Positions 12,860 to 23,077 of a stretch of DNA of 64,000 nt are shown here, piece by piece. The translations under genes were made by a program, and so were the position numbers. Numbering within the stretch: position 1 is the stretch's first letter; every line of letters starts with the position of its first letter. The DNA is taken from assembly GCA_963664705.1 (NCBI GenBank), contig OY761556.1, positions 992,001 to 1,056,000 on the forward strand, in the 5' to 3' direction. The notes beneath the pieces are model-generated. The model did not search any database, was not told where the DNA came from, and saw only the letters and a list, made by a program, of their open reading frames with translations. The stretch comes from Acidobacteriota bacterium (GTDB lineage: Bacteria > Acidobacteriota > UBA6911).

Positions 12860-15295
12860 CTAAGTCCGCCCTGAGGATGGCTTCTGCAATACCTTCAATC
12901 GCGCCCGATGGTGCTGTGCCATGAGCAATTCCGTAGCCTGTTGTGCATTGACCGGCTTGGAGAAGTAATAGCCTTGCGCGAATTCACATCCCAGTTCCCG
13001 CAAAAGCACAGCCTGTTCCGCCGTTTCGACGCCCTCGGCAATCACCTTCATCCCAAGGTTCCTGCCCAGGGTAATAATCGCTCGCACAATCTCGTCATCT
13101 TCCATCATTCGGGAAACGAAAGATCGATCTATCTTCAGGCTGTCCAGGGGGAAACGATGGAGATAGCTCAGCGATGAATAGCCCGTGCCGAAATCATCCA
13201 TGGCAAGCTTGATGCCGAGAGACTTCAGTTGAGCCATGACGTCAATGGCTGCTTCCGGATTCGGCATCATAGCGCTTTCAGTGACCTCGAGATTCAGGCT
13301 GCCGGGTGAAAGCTCCGTTTGTTTCAGGATGAGGCGGCAATGATCGATCAGTTCAGGCTGCAGAAAATGGCGTGCCGACAGATTGACGCTGATCAGGAGA
13401 GGATGATCCCCAGGGAATCGGTATTGCCAGGTCCGCATCTGCCGGGCGGCAGTTTCGAGAACCCACTTGCCAATGGGAACGATAAGTCCGGTCTCTTCGG
13501 CAACGGGAATGAATTCATTGGGTGAAACAAATCCCCGGGTCGGATGCCGCCAGCGCACAAGGGCTTCAAACCCCCATATTCTTGCTGTTTCCAGGGATAC
13601 TACCATTTGATAGTGGACATCGAACTCATCTCGTTCCAAGGCGCGGCGAAGCTCGGTTTCGAGTTGCAGGCGCGCGATGGTACTGGCCCGCATGTTGGAG
13701 TCGAATATCTCAAAGCGGCCTTTACCGAGAGCTTTTGCGCGGTACATGGCTGTGTCCGCATCTCGAAGCATCTCTTCCGGGGATTGATACGAGTCATTAT
13801 ACAGAGCGATTCCCATGCTGACAGTCGGGAATAGTTCCTGGCCCCCGATAACGAAAGGCTGGGAAAGCTCTGTGAGGATGCGTTCAGCCACGCGTGTGGC
13901 TTCCAGGGCTCCGGGGATTTCCTCCAACAGGATGGTGAATTCATCCCCACCGAGCCGGGCAATCGTATTGTTGCGGCTGAAGCGGGAAACACTGTCTCCC
14001 GATCGAACGGTGGCTTCCAGCCTGCCCGCGATGGCGACGAGAACCTGGTCGCCCATCAAATGTCCCAGGCTGTCGTTAATGAGTTTGAAGCTGTCCAAGT
14101 CCAGGAAAATCAGGGCGAGAGTTTTGTCCTTGTGGCGGCGCACACGCGCAAACGACCGTTCCAGCCTGTCCATGAAGAGGACGCGGTTGGGCAGACCGGT
14201 GAGGACATCTACGACCTTGCCCTGTGTGATGTCGGTTTGAGAGCCGGCCATACGATAGGTCTTTCCAGAATTATCCCGAATTGCCAGGGCGCGGCCAAGC
14301 ATCCAAAGGTAATTTCCATCGCGATGCAATATGCGATATTCCCCTTCGTAGTGCGCCGTTACTTCCTCCATGTGGGCATTGACTTCGGTACGGACCCGAT
14401 CGATATCATCGGGATGAATGCGACTGAAAAACTCCTCAGGACTGTCGCTGATTTCGTGTTCTTTCCATCCAAGCATGGATTTCCAGCGCGGCGAGAAATG
14501 GATTCGGTTGGAGGTCAGATCCCAGTCCCAGAGGCCGTCGTTGGCTGCCTTGGCGGCGAGGACATACCGCTCTTCGCTTTCGCGCAATTCCTTGTCGCGC
14601 AGTTGAATCTGCTGCAGCATGTCGTTAAAGCCGTCAATCATCACTCCGATCTCTCCGCCCGTGTCTTTCGCAGCGCGCAAGGCGTAATCTCTTTCGGAGG
14701 ATATGCGCTTGGTAATGGACGCCAGGTTCAGGATTGGCGCGGATATGACCTGCTGCAGCCTGGAAGCGAGAATCCATGCCCCGACCAGAGATAAAACCAT
14801 TACAAGTCCGATGGTGCCCAAAAAGCGGAGTAATCTGGAGTAGATTTCCCGAGTGTCTGAATCGATATAGAGCGTTCCAACAGGCTCATCATTGAGGCGG
14901 ATCGTTTTGTATATTCGAACCTGATCCTTTTCCCAATAACTACCCTCGGCGGAGGGACTGTCCGGGAAAGTGACGGCGAGCAGCGGATCCCGCACATAGG
15001 TGGCAAAGAGCTTCCCGCTCTGATCATACAGACAGGCGCTGACTACGTGCGATTCGGCGCTCAAAGCCTGCAGATTGCCTGCCGCTGCCTTCTGATCGTT
15101 AAAAAGCAAAGCCGCGCCGCTGTTGGACTCTATAGCCCGGGCGAGAACGGTCAACCGCTGAATGATCGTCCCTTTGGTGATGAACCGGTCGTAGCTGACA
15201 AGTGCGGAGGCAGTAAGGAAGAGCGCAACCGTGGTCGTCGACATGATGATGACGATGAGTTTTTTCTTGATGGACCACTCCCCGAAGGGATTCAT
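12860..15295 (-). CDS. Membrane GGDEF-EAL protein (YfiN-like periplasmic sensor, HAMP, PAS, GGDEF, EAL)
   Basis: ARLGGDEF, GFEALVRW and DDFGTGYSS intact; two TM segments flank a periplasmic domain containing AALLFND. Confidence 0.9.
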   Translation of the reverse strand: MNPFGEWSIKKKLIVIIMSTTTVALFLTASALVSYDRFITKGTIIQRLTVLARAIESNSGAALLFNDQKAAAGNLQALSAESHVVSACLYDQSGKLFATYVRDPLLAVTFPDSPSAEGSYWEKDQVRIYKTIRLNDEPVGTLYIDSDTREIYSRLLRFLGTIGLVMVLSLVGAWILASRLQQVISAPILNLASITKRISSERDYALRAAKDTGGEIGVMIDGFNDMLQQIQLRDKELRESEERYVLAAKAANDGLWDWDLTSNRIHFSPRWKSMLGWKEHEISDSPEEFFSRIHPDDIDRVRTEVNAHMEEVTAHYEGEYRILHRDGNYLWMLGRALAIRDNSGKTYRMAGSQTDITQGKVVDVLTGLPNRVLFMDRLERSFARVRRHKDKTLALIFLDLDSFKLINDSLGHLMGDQVLVAIAGRLEATVRSGDSVSRFSRNNTIARLGGDEFTILLEEIPGALEATRVAERILTELSQPFVIGGQELFPTVSMGIALYNDSYQSPEEMLRDADTAMYRAKALGKGRFEIFDSNMRASTIARLQLETELRRALERDEFDVHYQMVVSLETARIWGFEALVRWRHPTRGFVSPNEFIPVAEETGLIVPIGKWVLETAARQMRTWQYRFPGDHPLLISVNLSARHFLQPELIDHCRLILKQTELSPGSLNLEVTESAMMPNPEAAIDVMAQLKSLGIKLAMDDFGTGYSSLSYLHRFPLDSLKIDRSFVSRMMEDDEIVRAIITLGRNLGMKVIAEGVETAEQAVLLRELGCEFAQGYYFSKPVNAQQATELLMAQHHRARLKVLQKPSSGRT

Positions 15296-15608
15296 ACTGC
15301 AACCTCTATTTCACTCGAACCGGCGATGACCGATAGTTCTCCGGAGACCGTAGTTCTCGAGTTGTATGAATTGAAAATCAATCGGCGGCCCCCCCCCAAT
15401 ACGACTGTTCGCCGATTCGCCAACTTGACGCTCAAAACCAGCGTCCCGAAGCGGAAAATAAGGCAGCTAAATACGCGCAGACCCTGTGCCTCGCCTGCCG
15501 GTCGCGATAGGCATATCGGCAGCGAACCCCAGGGCGAATAGCCCCGTGATGGGTTCATTTATATGTACTTGTTCAGATTTCTGGAATCTGGTTTCACCCG
15601 CTTAAGCA

Positions 15609-17774
15609 TCAAGCCATTTGCGTGATCTCAGCGGCACAAGTCGTGGGGGCTGCTGTCTCCATCCATTTGGGAATAGCCTGTGTCCCCGGTAACAGCGCAG
15701 TCGCATGCTGGGCGGCCAGAAGATCTGTGGCCTGCTCTGCATTGATTGGCGTGGAGAAGAAATATCCCTGGGCATATTCGCAGCCCAAATCTCTCAATCG
15801 GATCGCCTGTTCAATGGTCTCAACCCCTTCTGCGATCACCCTCAATCCCAGATTGCGTCCCAGCACAATGATGGTCCGGACAATTTCGTCGTCTTCCATC
15901 ATTCTGGATACAAAGGACATGTCGATTTTAAGACTGTCGAGAGGGAAACGGTGCAGGTAGCTCAACGAGGAATAGCCGGTGCCGAAATCATCCAGCGCAA
16001 TCTTGATTCCGAGAGCCTTCAGTTGCGTCATAACGTCGATGGCGGATTCCGGATCCGGCATCATGGCACTTTCCGTAACCTCCAGGGTAAGGCTCTTGTT
16101 GGACAATCGGGTTTTTTCCAGGATTCTACGGCATTGGTCAATTAACTCGGGCTGCAGGAAGTGCCGGGCGGACAGGTTCACGCTCATGCGAAGCGGGGGA
16201 TTTTCCAAAAAGCGCGCCTGCCACAGCTGCAGTTGCTGCGCTGCATTTTCAAGCACCCACTGGCCCATGGGAACAATTAGGCCGGTCTCTTCCGCGATCG
16301 GGATGAAATCCTTCGGCGAAACAAGACCTCTGGTCGGGTGATTCCAGCGAATCAGAGATTCGAATCCGAATATTTTTCCGGTCTGAAGCGAAATGATACT
16401 CTGGTAGTGGTTCTCAAATTCCAGGCGCTCCAGACCTTTCCTTAACTCCGTTTCCAGTTGCAGCCGCGCAATTGTATTGGCGCGCATATTGGAATCAAAG
16501 ATTTCGAAGCGGCCTTTGCCCAGGGCTTTTGCGCTATACATGGCCGTATCGGCATCACGCAGCAATTCTTCGGGGATCTGATAGGACGGGTTATAGAGCG
16601 CGATTCCCATGCTTGCGGTAGGGAACATCTCCTGTCCACCGATTACAAATGGCTGAGAGAGCTCCGTTGAAAGGCGTTCTGCCACCCGCAGTGCATCCGC
16701 TGGCCCTGAAATTTCTTCCAGCAGGATGGTGAACTCGTCCCCTCCAAGCCTGGCGATGGTGTTGTTGCGCCCAAAACGTGCCACGCTATCGCCGGAACGC
16801 ACTGTGGATTCCAGCCGTCCCGCGATGGCAACCAGCAATTGATCCCCCACCAGATGGCCTAGACTGTCATTGATCAGCTTGAAATCATCCAGATCGAGGA
16901 AAATCAATGCCAGGGTCCTGTCCTTGCGTATCCTTGCCCGATCAAAGGAACGGGCAAGTCTATCCATGAAGAGAACCCGATTCGGCAGACCGGTAAGGAC
17001 ATCGACTACCTTTCCTCTCGTGATGTCGGTCTGAGATCCTGCCATCCGGTATGCTTTGCCGCTGTCATCTCTGACCGCAAAAGCACGGCCGAGCATCCAT
17101 AGGTAGTTGCCGTCCCGATGAAGAATGCGGTATTCGTCTTCGTAGTGAGTGGTCAATTCTTCCAGGTAGGCACTGATATCAGAGCGAACGCGATCGACAT
17201 CATCCGGGTGAATCCGGCTGAACCATTCATCGGGGCTGTCGCCGATCTCGTGTTCCTCCCATCCCAGCATCGATTTCCAGCGAGGCGAGAAGTAGACTTT
17301 GCCGGTGGTCAGATCCCAATCCCAGAGGCCGTCATTGGCGGCTCTGGCGGCAAGCGAATACCGCTCCTCGCTTTCATGCAGCGCTTTTTCCGTATGCTTG
17401 CGCGATAACTGTGTTTGAATTCGCGCGAGGGCAACGGGGAAATCGATTGGTTTGGTTACATAGTCATTCGCACCGGCCTCCAGTGCGGTCACCACATCTT
17501 CGCTGCTGGATTTGCCTGTAACCATGATCACAGGGAGTTGCGCCGGCGTGTGCGATTTGCGAATGACCTGCAGCACCTCCAGGCCATTCATCTCGGGCAT
17601 CTCAACATCCAGCAATACGAGATCGACGGTGTTGGATTCCAGCCAGTCGATGGCTTCTCTACCATTAGCCGCCAGGAATATGTTGAAGCCACGCTTGGAC
17701 AGCCGTCTGGACATCAAATCACGATTTAGCGGTTCATCATCGACAACCAACAATGAATCCGGTCCTGAACTCAT
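15609..17774 (-). CDS. REC-PAS-GGDEF-EAL response regulator
   Basis: LLVVDDE...VLLDVEMP receiver; ARLGGDEF; ESL variant; DDFGTGYSS. Confidence 0.9.
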   Translation of the reverse strand: MSSGPDSLLVVDDEPLNRDLMSRRLSKRGFNIFLAANGREAIDWLESNTVDLVLLDVEMPEMNGLEVLQVIRKSHTPAQLPVIMVTGKSSSEDVVTALEAGANDYVTKPIDFPVALARIQTQLSRKHTEKALHESEERYSLAARAANDGLWDWDLTTGKVYFSPRWKSMLGWEEHEIGDSPDEWFSRIHPDDVDRVRSDISAYLEELTTHYEDEYRILHRDGNYLWMLGRAFAVRDDSGKAYRMAGSQTDITRGKVVDVLTGLPNRVLFMDRLARSFDRARIRKDRTLALIFLDLDDFKLINDSLGHLVGDQLLVAIAGRLESTVRSGDSVARFGRNNTIARLGGDEFTILLEEISGPADALRVAERLSTELSQPFVIGGQEMFPTASMGIALYNPSYQIPEELLRDADTAMYSAKALGKGRFEIFDSNMRANTIARLQLETELRKGLERLEFENHYQSIISLQTGKIFGFESLIRWNHPTRGLVSPKDFIPIAEETGLIVPMGQWVLENAAQQLQLWQARFLENPPLRMSVNLSARHFLQPELIDQCRRILEKTRLSNKSLTLEVTESAMMPDPESAIDVMTQLKALGIKIALDDFGTGYSSLSYLHRFPLDSLKIDMSFVSRMMEDDEIVRTIIVLGRNLGLRVIAEGVETIEQAIRLRDLGCEYAQGYFFSTPINAEQATDLLAAQHATALLPGTQAIPKWMETAAPTTCAAEITQMA

Positions 17775-18148
17775 GAAGTCGCCTCAATCTGCAGGAGAGT
17801 TTCCATCTTTTTCAACAAACGTGGCATTTCTACCGGCTTGATATCATATTCGTCAAATCCGGCCTCCAGAGCCCGGTTCCGGTCCGAAACCAGCGCATGT
17901 GCTGTGAGTGCCACAACGGGAATTTCTTTCATTTTGGGATCCTGCTTGAGGTACTTCAATACTTCCCAGCCATCCATTTCCGGCAGGCTGAGATCCAGCA
18001 GAATCAGGTCCGGTGATTGCTCGCTGGCCATGCGCAGGCCCTCTTTCCCATCCACCGCCATACTAACGTCATATCCGCGGCGAATAAGTCGGCGCGACAG
18101 CATGTCCCGGTTCAGTTCATTGTCTTCGACAAGCAAGATGCGCTTCAC
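17771..18148 (-). CDS. Single-domain response regulator (DivK/CheY-like)
   Basis: ILLVEDNELNRDML, ILLDLSLP, ALTAHA and KP motifs. Confidence 0.9.
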   Translation of the reverse strand: MKRILLVEDNELNRDMLSRRLIRRGYDVSMAVDGKEGLRMASEQSPDLILLDLSLPEMDGWEVLKYLKQDPKMKEIPVVALTAHALVSDRNRALEAGFDEYDIKPVEMPRLLKKMETLLQIEATS

Positions 18149-18181
18149 AACAGCCCTCCCGATTTTGCCATCCGGCTTCCA

Positions 18182-20215
18182 TTAGGCATTGGAGACCAGA
18201 CTGGCATTTCCACTCGATGAAGCAGAGAGATGGTTTGTTCCTTGTTTATCCACTATTTTTGCTAATTCAGATATCAACGCGGTCCAGCTCGTCGATGCTT
18301 TATAAGCAATTTTCGTCACGTGTTCGCTTAGCTGCTTCTTCTCTTCCGGCGTTAAGGTCATTGCCGTCAACACCACAATCGGAATAGAACGGTACCTTTC
18401 GTTGGCGCGGAGCCGGCTGACAAATTCAAAGCCATCCATTTCAGGCATCATCAGATCCAGCAGAATGAGTGACGGGATCGCCTCCGCAACTTTTTCCAGG
18501 CCGATCAGTGCGTTGGGCGCTTCATCCGCCTCCCAGCCATCCCGTTCCAACAGACGTCTCAACAGTTCCCGGCTGGGTTCATCATCCTCAATAATCAAAA
18601 CGGAGCCGGGGCATCCGTCGGGGCGGAATTTCCTCAAAATGGCCATCAGCCGATCCGGGTGGACCGGCTTAGTCAGGTAATCCGAAGCCCCCAGAGTGAA
18701 TCCGCGGTTCTTGTCGTCAATGATCGAAACCATTACAACAGGTATATCGGCAACCTCAGGATCGGCCTTCAATTCTGAAAGCACATCCCACCCGCATGTA
18801 TTTTCCATGAGAACATCCAGCGTGATGGCAATAGGGCGGTATTGCTTTGCCAGAGCAATGACCTCGCTCCCCTGACCGGACGAAACCACCGTAAACCCTT
18901 CTCGCGTAAGGAATCGCGTTATCAGGTCGCGAGCTACCGGATCGTCGTCCACTATCAGGACGGTCCTCTGATCCGCCTTCTCCGGCCGGACCACTGAACC
19001 TTGTGCCGCTGGAATCTGTGGTTGCGTGGATGGAGTCTGGTTCGCAGGGAAGCGGCAGGTAAAAGCGGTTCCTTCGCCGGGTCTGCTCTCTACCGTAATA
19101 TCTCCGCCCATGATCCGACAGAATCGCTGGCTGATCGCGAGCCCCAGCCCGGTCCCCCCATACTTGCGTGTAGTGGATGCATCCGCCTGCTGAAATGGCT
19201 GGAATAGACTGCCGATCTGCTCCGATGTCATCCCGATGCCTGTATCCCGGACCCAAAATACAATTTCGTCTCCCGCCTCTCCTTGTCGACGTGTTGCCTC
19301 GATCCAGATGCTGCCATTTTCCGTAAACTTGCAGGCATTGCTCAAGAGGTTCAACAGGATTTGTCTTATCTTGACAAGGTCCCCATCCATCCATCCCAGG
19401 TCGGAGGAACAGTCGACGGTGATGGTGTTGCTCTTGCTGAAGGCGGTGGGTTGTATGGTGTGCAGCACCTCCTCAACCATATGGCGAATTTCAAAGTTCT
19501 CGACATAGAGCTGCGTTTTTCCTGCCTCAATCTTCGAAAGATCCAGGATGTCGTTGATCAGTCCAAGGAGATGTTTTCCCGCAGAGTTGATCTTCTTGAG
19601 GTCCGGCACGACCTCTCCCTGCTCGTCGGCTTCTTCCTGGAGGAGTTCGCTGTAACCTATAATCGCATTGAGGGGCGTTCGCAGTTCATGGCTCATGTTG
19701 GCCAGGAATTCGCTTTTGGCGCGGCTAGCCAGTTCTGCATGGTTTTTTGCTGCAATCAGCTCTTCATTGATGCGAGTCAATTCTCTGGTTCTGCCGGATA
19801 CCTCTTCTTCCTGCCGGTTCCGCTGATCCTGCAGTTGCTTATCCTTCAACTCAATCTCACGCAGCATTCTGTTGAAGTCATCCGTAATCGCGCCGATTTC
19901 TCCGCCGGAACTCCTGGCAATGCGAAGCGAATAATCCTCTTGATAGGATAGGCGCCGGGTTGTCGATGCCAGTTTGACAATAGGCGCCGATATCCAGTGC
20001 TGGAGCGCCAGGGAGAGAGCCCCTGCCACGAGCAGGGATATGCCCAGGATTACGGACAGTGCCGCAACAGCGCTCGCCAGGCTCAAGACCATCGGGCCGT
20101 TGATGAGTACATAAAGGCAGGCCAGCACGCCGACGATCAGCAGGGCTGAAGCGGTTGTGATCATCAGGACCACGGTCAGCTTTTTTTTGATCGGCCAAGC
20201 CTCAAGTGCATTCAT
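18182..20215 (-). CDS. Hybrid histidine kinase (two TM, HAMP, HisKA, HATPase, two REC) without a periplasmic domain
   Basis: [14 protein letters not shown]; two receiver domains; TM1 and TM2 nearly adjacent. Confidence 0.9.
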   Translation of the reverse strand: MNALEAWPIKKKLTVVLMITTASALLIVGVLACLYVLINGPMVLSLASAVAALSVILGISLLVAGALSLALQHWISAPIVKLASTTRRLSYQEDYSLRIARSSGGEIGAITDDFNRMLREIELKDKQLQDQRNRQEEEVSGRTRELTRINEELIAAKNHAELASRAKSEFLANMSHELRTPLNAIIGYSELLQEEADEQGEVVPDLKKINSAGKHLLGLINDILDLSKIEAGKTQLYVENFEIRHMVEEVLHTIQPTAFSKSNTITVDCSSDLGWMDGDLVKIRQILLNLLSNACKFTENGSIWIEATRRQGEAGDEIVFWVRDTGIGMTSEQIGSLFQPFQQADASTTRKYGGTGLGLAISQRFCRIMGGDITVESRPGEGTAFTCRFPANQTPSTQPQIPAAQGSVVRPEKADQRTVLIVDDDPVARDLITRFLTREGFTVVSSGQGSEVIALAKQYRPIAITLDVLMENTCGWDVLSELKADPEVADIPVVMVSIIDDKNRGFTLGASDYLTKPVHPDRLMAILRKFRPDGCPGSVLIIEDDEPSRELLRRLLERDGWEADEAPNALIGLEKVAEAIPSLILLDLMMPEMDGFEFVSRLRANERYRSIPIVVLTAMTLTPEEKKQLSEHVTKIAYKASTSWTALISELAKIVDKQGTNHLSASSSGNASLVSNA

Positions 20216-20216
20216 G

Positions 20217-20816
20217 CTACATCCTTCCGGCGTGGGAGTCTTCTCGGATGATCTTTGCCAGACTCAGCAGTTGCGAGCTGATTTTCAGTCGCGCCTTTTC
20301 AGCTGCGTCAATGTTGATTTCAAAACGAACTTTGTTTTCTTCAATATAAAAGTTGATAATGCCGCCCTGCCTTCCAAATCGATCCGTTTCTCCAATAGTC
20401 AGGACCGGGATCCCTTTGATGCCCGCAAGAACGGCTGATGCCGACTTTGCCTCCGAGGCACAGAGCAGAAGTATGTGCACGCCTCGGATCTCCCCCGGCC
20501 ATGCAAGTTGGCGCAAAACCAGATCTCGGCCATTTATGCTTTTGTTTTGAAACGATTGTGCCAGCTCTCTTCCGACCGGATCGTCTCCAATAATGCCGAT
20601 AACAAGGGGAGAATTCCTGTCTGCAAATGCACTGGCCGGCCACTCCACAAACTTAATGAAATTGAATAAAAACGCCGCTTTAACCTGTTGCTCTGACAGG
20701 GTACTTGGCTTATCTCCGCCTGCAGCCTTTGCGGCAACCAGAGGATAAACCGCCAATAGAAGCAGTAAAGCAACCAATACCCTCTTTGGGGCGCAGCCTG
20801 GGAATGCAAAAATCAT
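20217..20816 (-). CDS. yfiR: YfiR/HmsC-family periplasmic regulator
   Basis: [19 protein letters not shown] and [26 protein letters not shown] family motifs; signal peptide. Confidence 0.88.
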   Translation of the reverse strand: MIFAFPGCAPKRVLVALLLLLAVYPLVAAKAAGGDKPSTLSEQQVKAAFLFNFIKFVEWPASAFADRNSPLVIGIIGDDPVGRELAQSFQNKSINGRDLVLRQLAWPGEIRGVHILLLCASEAKSASAVLAGIKGIPVLTIGETDRFGRQGGIINFYIEENKVRFEINIDAAEKARLKISSQLLSLAKIIREDSHAGRM

Positions 20817-22828
20817 CTGCGACCTTCGGAAAATGGAATATGGTAAAGCGCCCTGAGCCGGAAAGTCCGTCCGTCCTGATCAATGCCGTTTTGCCGGTGT
20901 TCCTCTGAGCCGGGATCGGCGTATCTTTTTCCAAAAATATTGTAAAGCCCGCCGCTCAGCTCGAAATTCCTGAACAGTTTCTGCGAGAAAAGCGTCAGGT
21001 TGGCGATTGTATAGCCCCCCACGGCATTGTCTGCTATCGTTCGACGCGAACTCATATAGAATGCTTCCAACCCCGCGAAAAGCTTCCCCCGAATACATGG
21101 AATAGAGAGTCCTGCCTTTGCCATATGTTTGGGCGAACCCGATAGCATGCTGTTCGTGCCGGTATCTTTAGCCTGCTGCAGTGTATAGCTGAATTGCGTC
21201 TGCAATCCGCTCGAGGCGCGCCCGCTTATTTGGAGCTCCATCCCCTTTGCATTTACCTTGCTGGCATTCTGATAGACCATCAGCAGAGTGATGGGCGCTA
21301 ATTCCTGGCTTATAAGATTTTTGATTCCATAGTCATAGAAGGAAGCGCCTATTCGCAAATTTTCCCCAAATCTGCGTTCGACCACGACTTCATAGGTCCG
21401 GATGCTTTCGGGTTTCAGCGAAGGGTTATCAAATGACGTTCCTCCCCGGTAATACTGCTCATACGTGCTTGGGGCACGAAAGGCCTGGCCGTACAGGAAC
21501 TTCAAATTGGTCCTTTTTGAATAGCCATATATTAGCCCGATTCTGGGATTGGTTGTTCCGCCGAAGGAGTCGTAGTAATCATGCCGCAAACCCGCGTTCA
21601 GGATCAGATCTTTGGTGATCTTATATTCGTCCTGTGCATAGAATGCCCATAACGCAGATCCGCGTGTGTCCGCTAGGTGGCTGAAGTAGGGGGCCTCATC
21701 ATGATTGAATTGATCCTGATTGAAATTGTTCCGATACTCCAACCCGGCTGTAAACCGATGCCTGGCCAGGAACCTTTTAGTTAGCTGAACCTCGGTTCCC
21801 CACGAATCTCCCCTGGCATAATCCCGATTAAGGAACGAATAGGGCGTGTCCGTATCGGAGTTGCTGTAAAGATAATCCCCGTTGTATCGATACCGGTCGA
21901 ATGTAAAACGAACCGTTAGCCCCAAACTTGCCGCGATTTGCTTGTCGTACTGGAGATCCGCAAATGTCCGTTCGTCGATCGTAAAGGTGCGGTCTGTGTT
22001 GAAGACAGTTTCAAAGGCACCCGTAGGTATTATTTTCTTCCTGGACCCATAGCCGGCGTGGATAGAGAGGTCTTTAAAGCGAAGGCTGGCGTAGAGAGTC
22101 CTGTTCCTCTCCGCATCTGCTTTTTGCGCAATTCCGAAGTTGGTTCCCGGACTGTCATATTCAGGGAAATAGAGCGTGTCGTGGCCTCGGCTGTCCAGCA
22201 CGGATCCGGAGAAGAGATATTCCAATCCGCTCTCAAACTTCTGCCCCACCGTCGATCGGCCCTTATACCGGCCATTGCTCATAATTTCGGCTGATGCCTG
22301 GCCACCCCGTATGTCCCGGCCGGTTTTGGTCACTATGTTGATGATTCCAAAAAAGGCGCTGTTGCCGTACAAAGAGGAACTTGGGCCCCGGATGACTTCG
22401 ATACGGCTGATGATGTCGATATCGATCGGTGATTCATCCCCGGCAAGAACGCTGTCAAAGACATTGTCATTCAGTCGATGACCATCCACGAGTATCAGCA
22501 GACGGATATTGTAATCGCCGGGGCGTGAGAAGCCTCGCTCCCCGATGTAGGAGTAATTCCGGTCGTTTGTGACGTAAAAGCCCGGTAATGCTCGCAGCAC
22601 ATCATTGATATTGCGATATCCGTATCGTTGGATTTCCTCGGCCGTAATAATGGTAATGGAAGATGGCGCTTCCGAGGCTTTCTGCAGGAATTTGGAGGCG
22701 CTGAATATTTCAACGTTCATCAGATCCTGCAAGCTCAGATCCGTCAGGTCCCCCTTTTCGGCGGCATAGGAAGCGGCACCGGCCAACATTGCTATTGATA
22801 TGATTAGGCTTAGACGTGCTCTGGGCAC
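20813..22828 (-). CDS. TonB-dependent receptor of the YfiR-linked type
   Basis: LTDLSLQDLMNVEIFSASK start; plug motif RIEVIRGPSSSLYG; beta-barrel C-terminus; SD at 22837-22842. Confidence 0.9.
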   Translation of the reverse strand: MPRARLSLIISIAMLAGAASYAAEKGDLTDLSLQDLMNVEIFSASKFLQKASEAPSSITIITAEEIQRYGYRNINDVLRALPGFYVTNDRNYSYIGERGFSRPGDYNIRLLILVDGHRLNDNVFDSVLAGDESPIDIDIISRIEVIRGPSSSLYGNSAFFGIINIVTKTGRDIRGGQASAEIMSNGRYKGRSTVGQKFESGLEYLFSGSVLDSRGHDTLYFPEYDSPGTNFGIAQKADAERNRTLYASLRFKDLSIHAGYGSRKKIIPTGAFETVFNTDRTFTIDERTFADLQYDKQIAASLGLTVRFTFDRYRYNGDYLYSNSDTDTPYSFLNRDYARGDSWGTEVQLTKRFLARHRFTAGLEYRNNFNQDQFNHDEAPYFSHLADTRGSALWAFYAQDEYKITKDLILNAGLRHDYYDSFGGTTNPRIGLIYGYSKRTNLKFLYGQAFRAPSTYEQYYRGGTSFDNPSLKPESIRTYEVVVERRFGENLRIGASFYDYGIKNLISQELAPITLLMVYQNASKVNAKGMELQISGRASSGLQTQFSYTLQQAKDTGTNSMLSGSPKHMAKAGLSIPCIRGKLFAGLEAFYMSSRRTIADNAVGGYTIANLTLFSQKLFRNFELSGGLYNIFGKRYADPGSEEHRQNGIDQDGRTFRLRALYHIPFSEGRR

Positions 22829-22864
22829 GGATTTATTCCTCCCCTTCTATGGCTTGCCATGTCC

Positions 22865-22891
22865 TTATCGGCCGAAAGCGAGGAAAACTTA
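22865..22891 (-). promoter_or_regulatory. Sigma-28 (FliA/SigD)-type promoter
   Basis: Minus strand reads TAAG-N15-GCCGATAA, with a perfect -10 and exact spacing, 36 nt upstream of the receptor start. Confidence 0.6.
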
Positions 22892-23077
22892 GTCAGTCCA
22901 AACTCTATTTTTCTTTGCACTTATCGGTATCGAAACGGACTCGATCCTGTGGCCGACAGCCGCTGAAGTTTCACTGTTTCCGATTCAATGGGGGCGGGGA
23001 TTTACGCGGGGGCGCAAACACGAACACCTGCGGAATTTGCGGCTGCGCGCGGCAACGGGCTCCATTTGCCGCGGTAA

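Noticed and set aside
15296-15608. c-di-GMP riboswitch or an 88-aa ORF between the GGDEF-EAL genes
   Set aside because: No riboswitch consensus recognised by eye and the ORF has no protein-like features; an Rfam search would settle it
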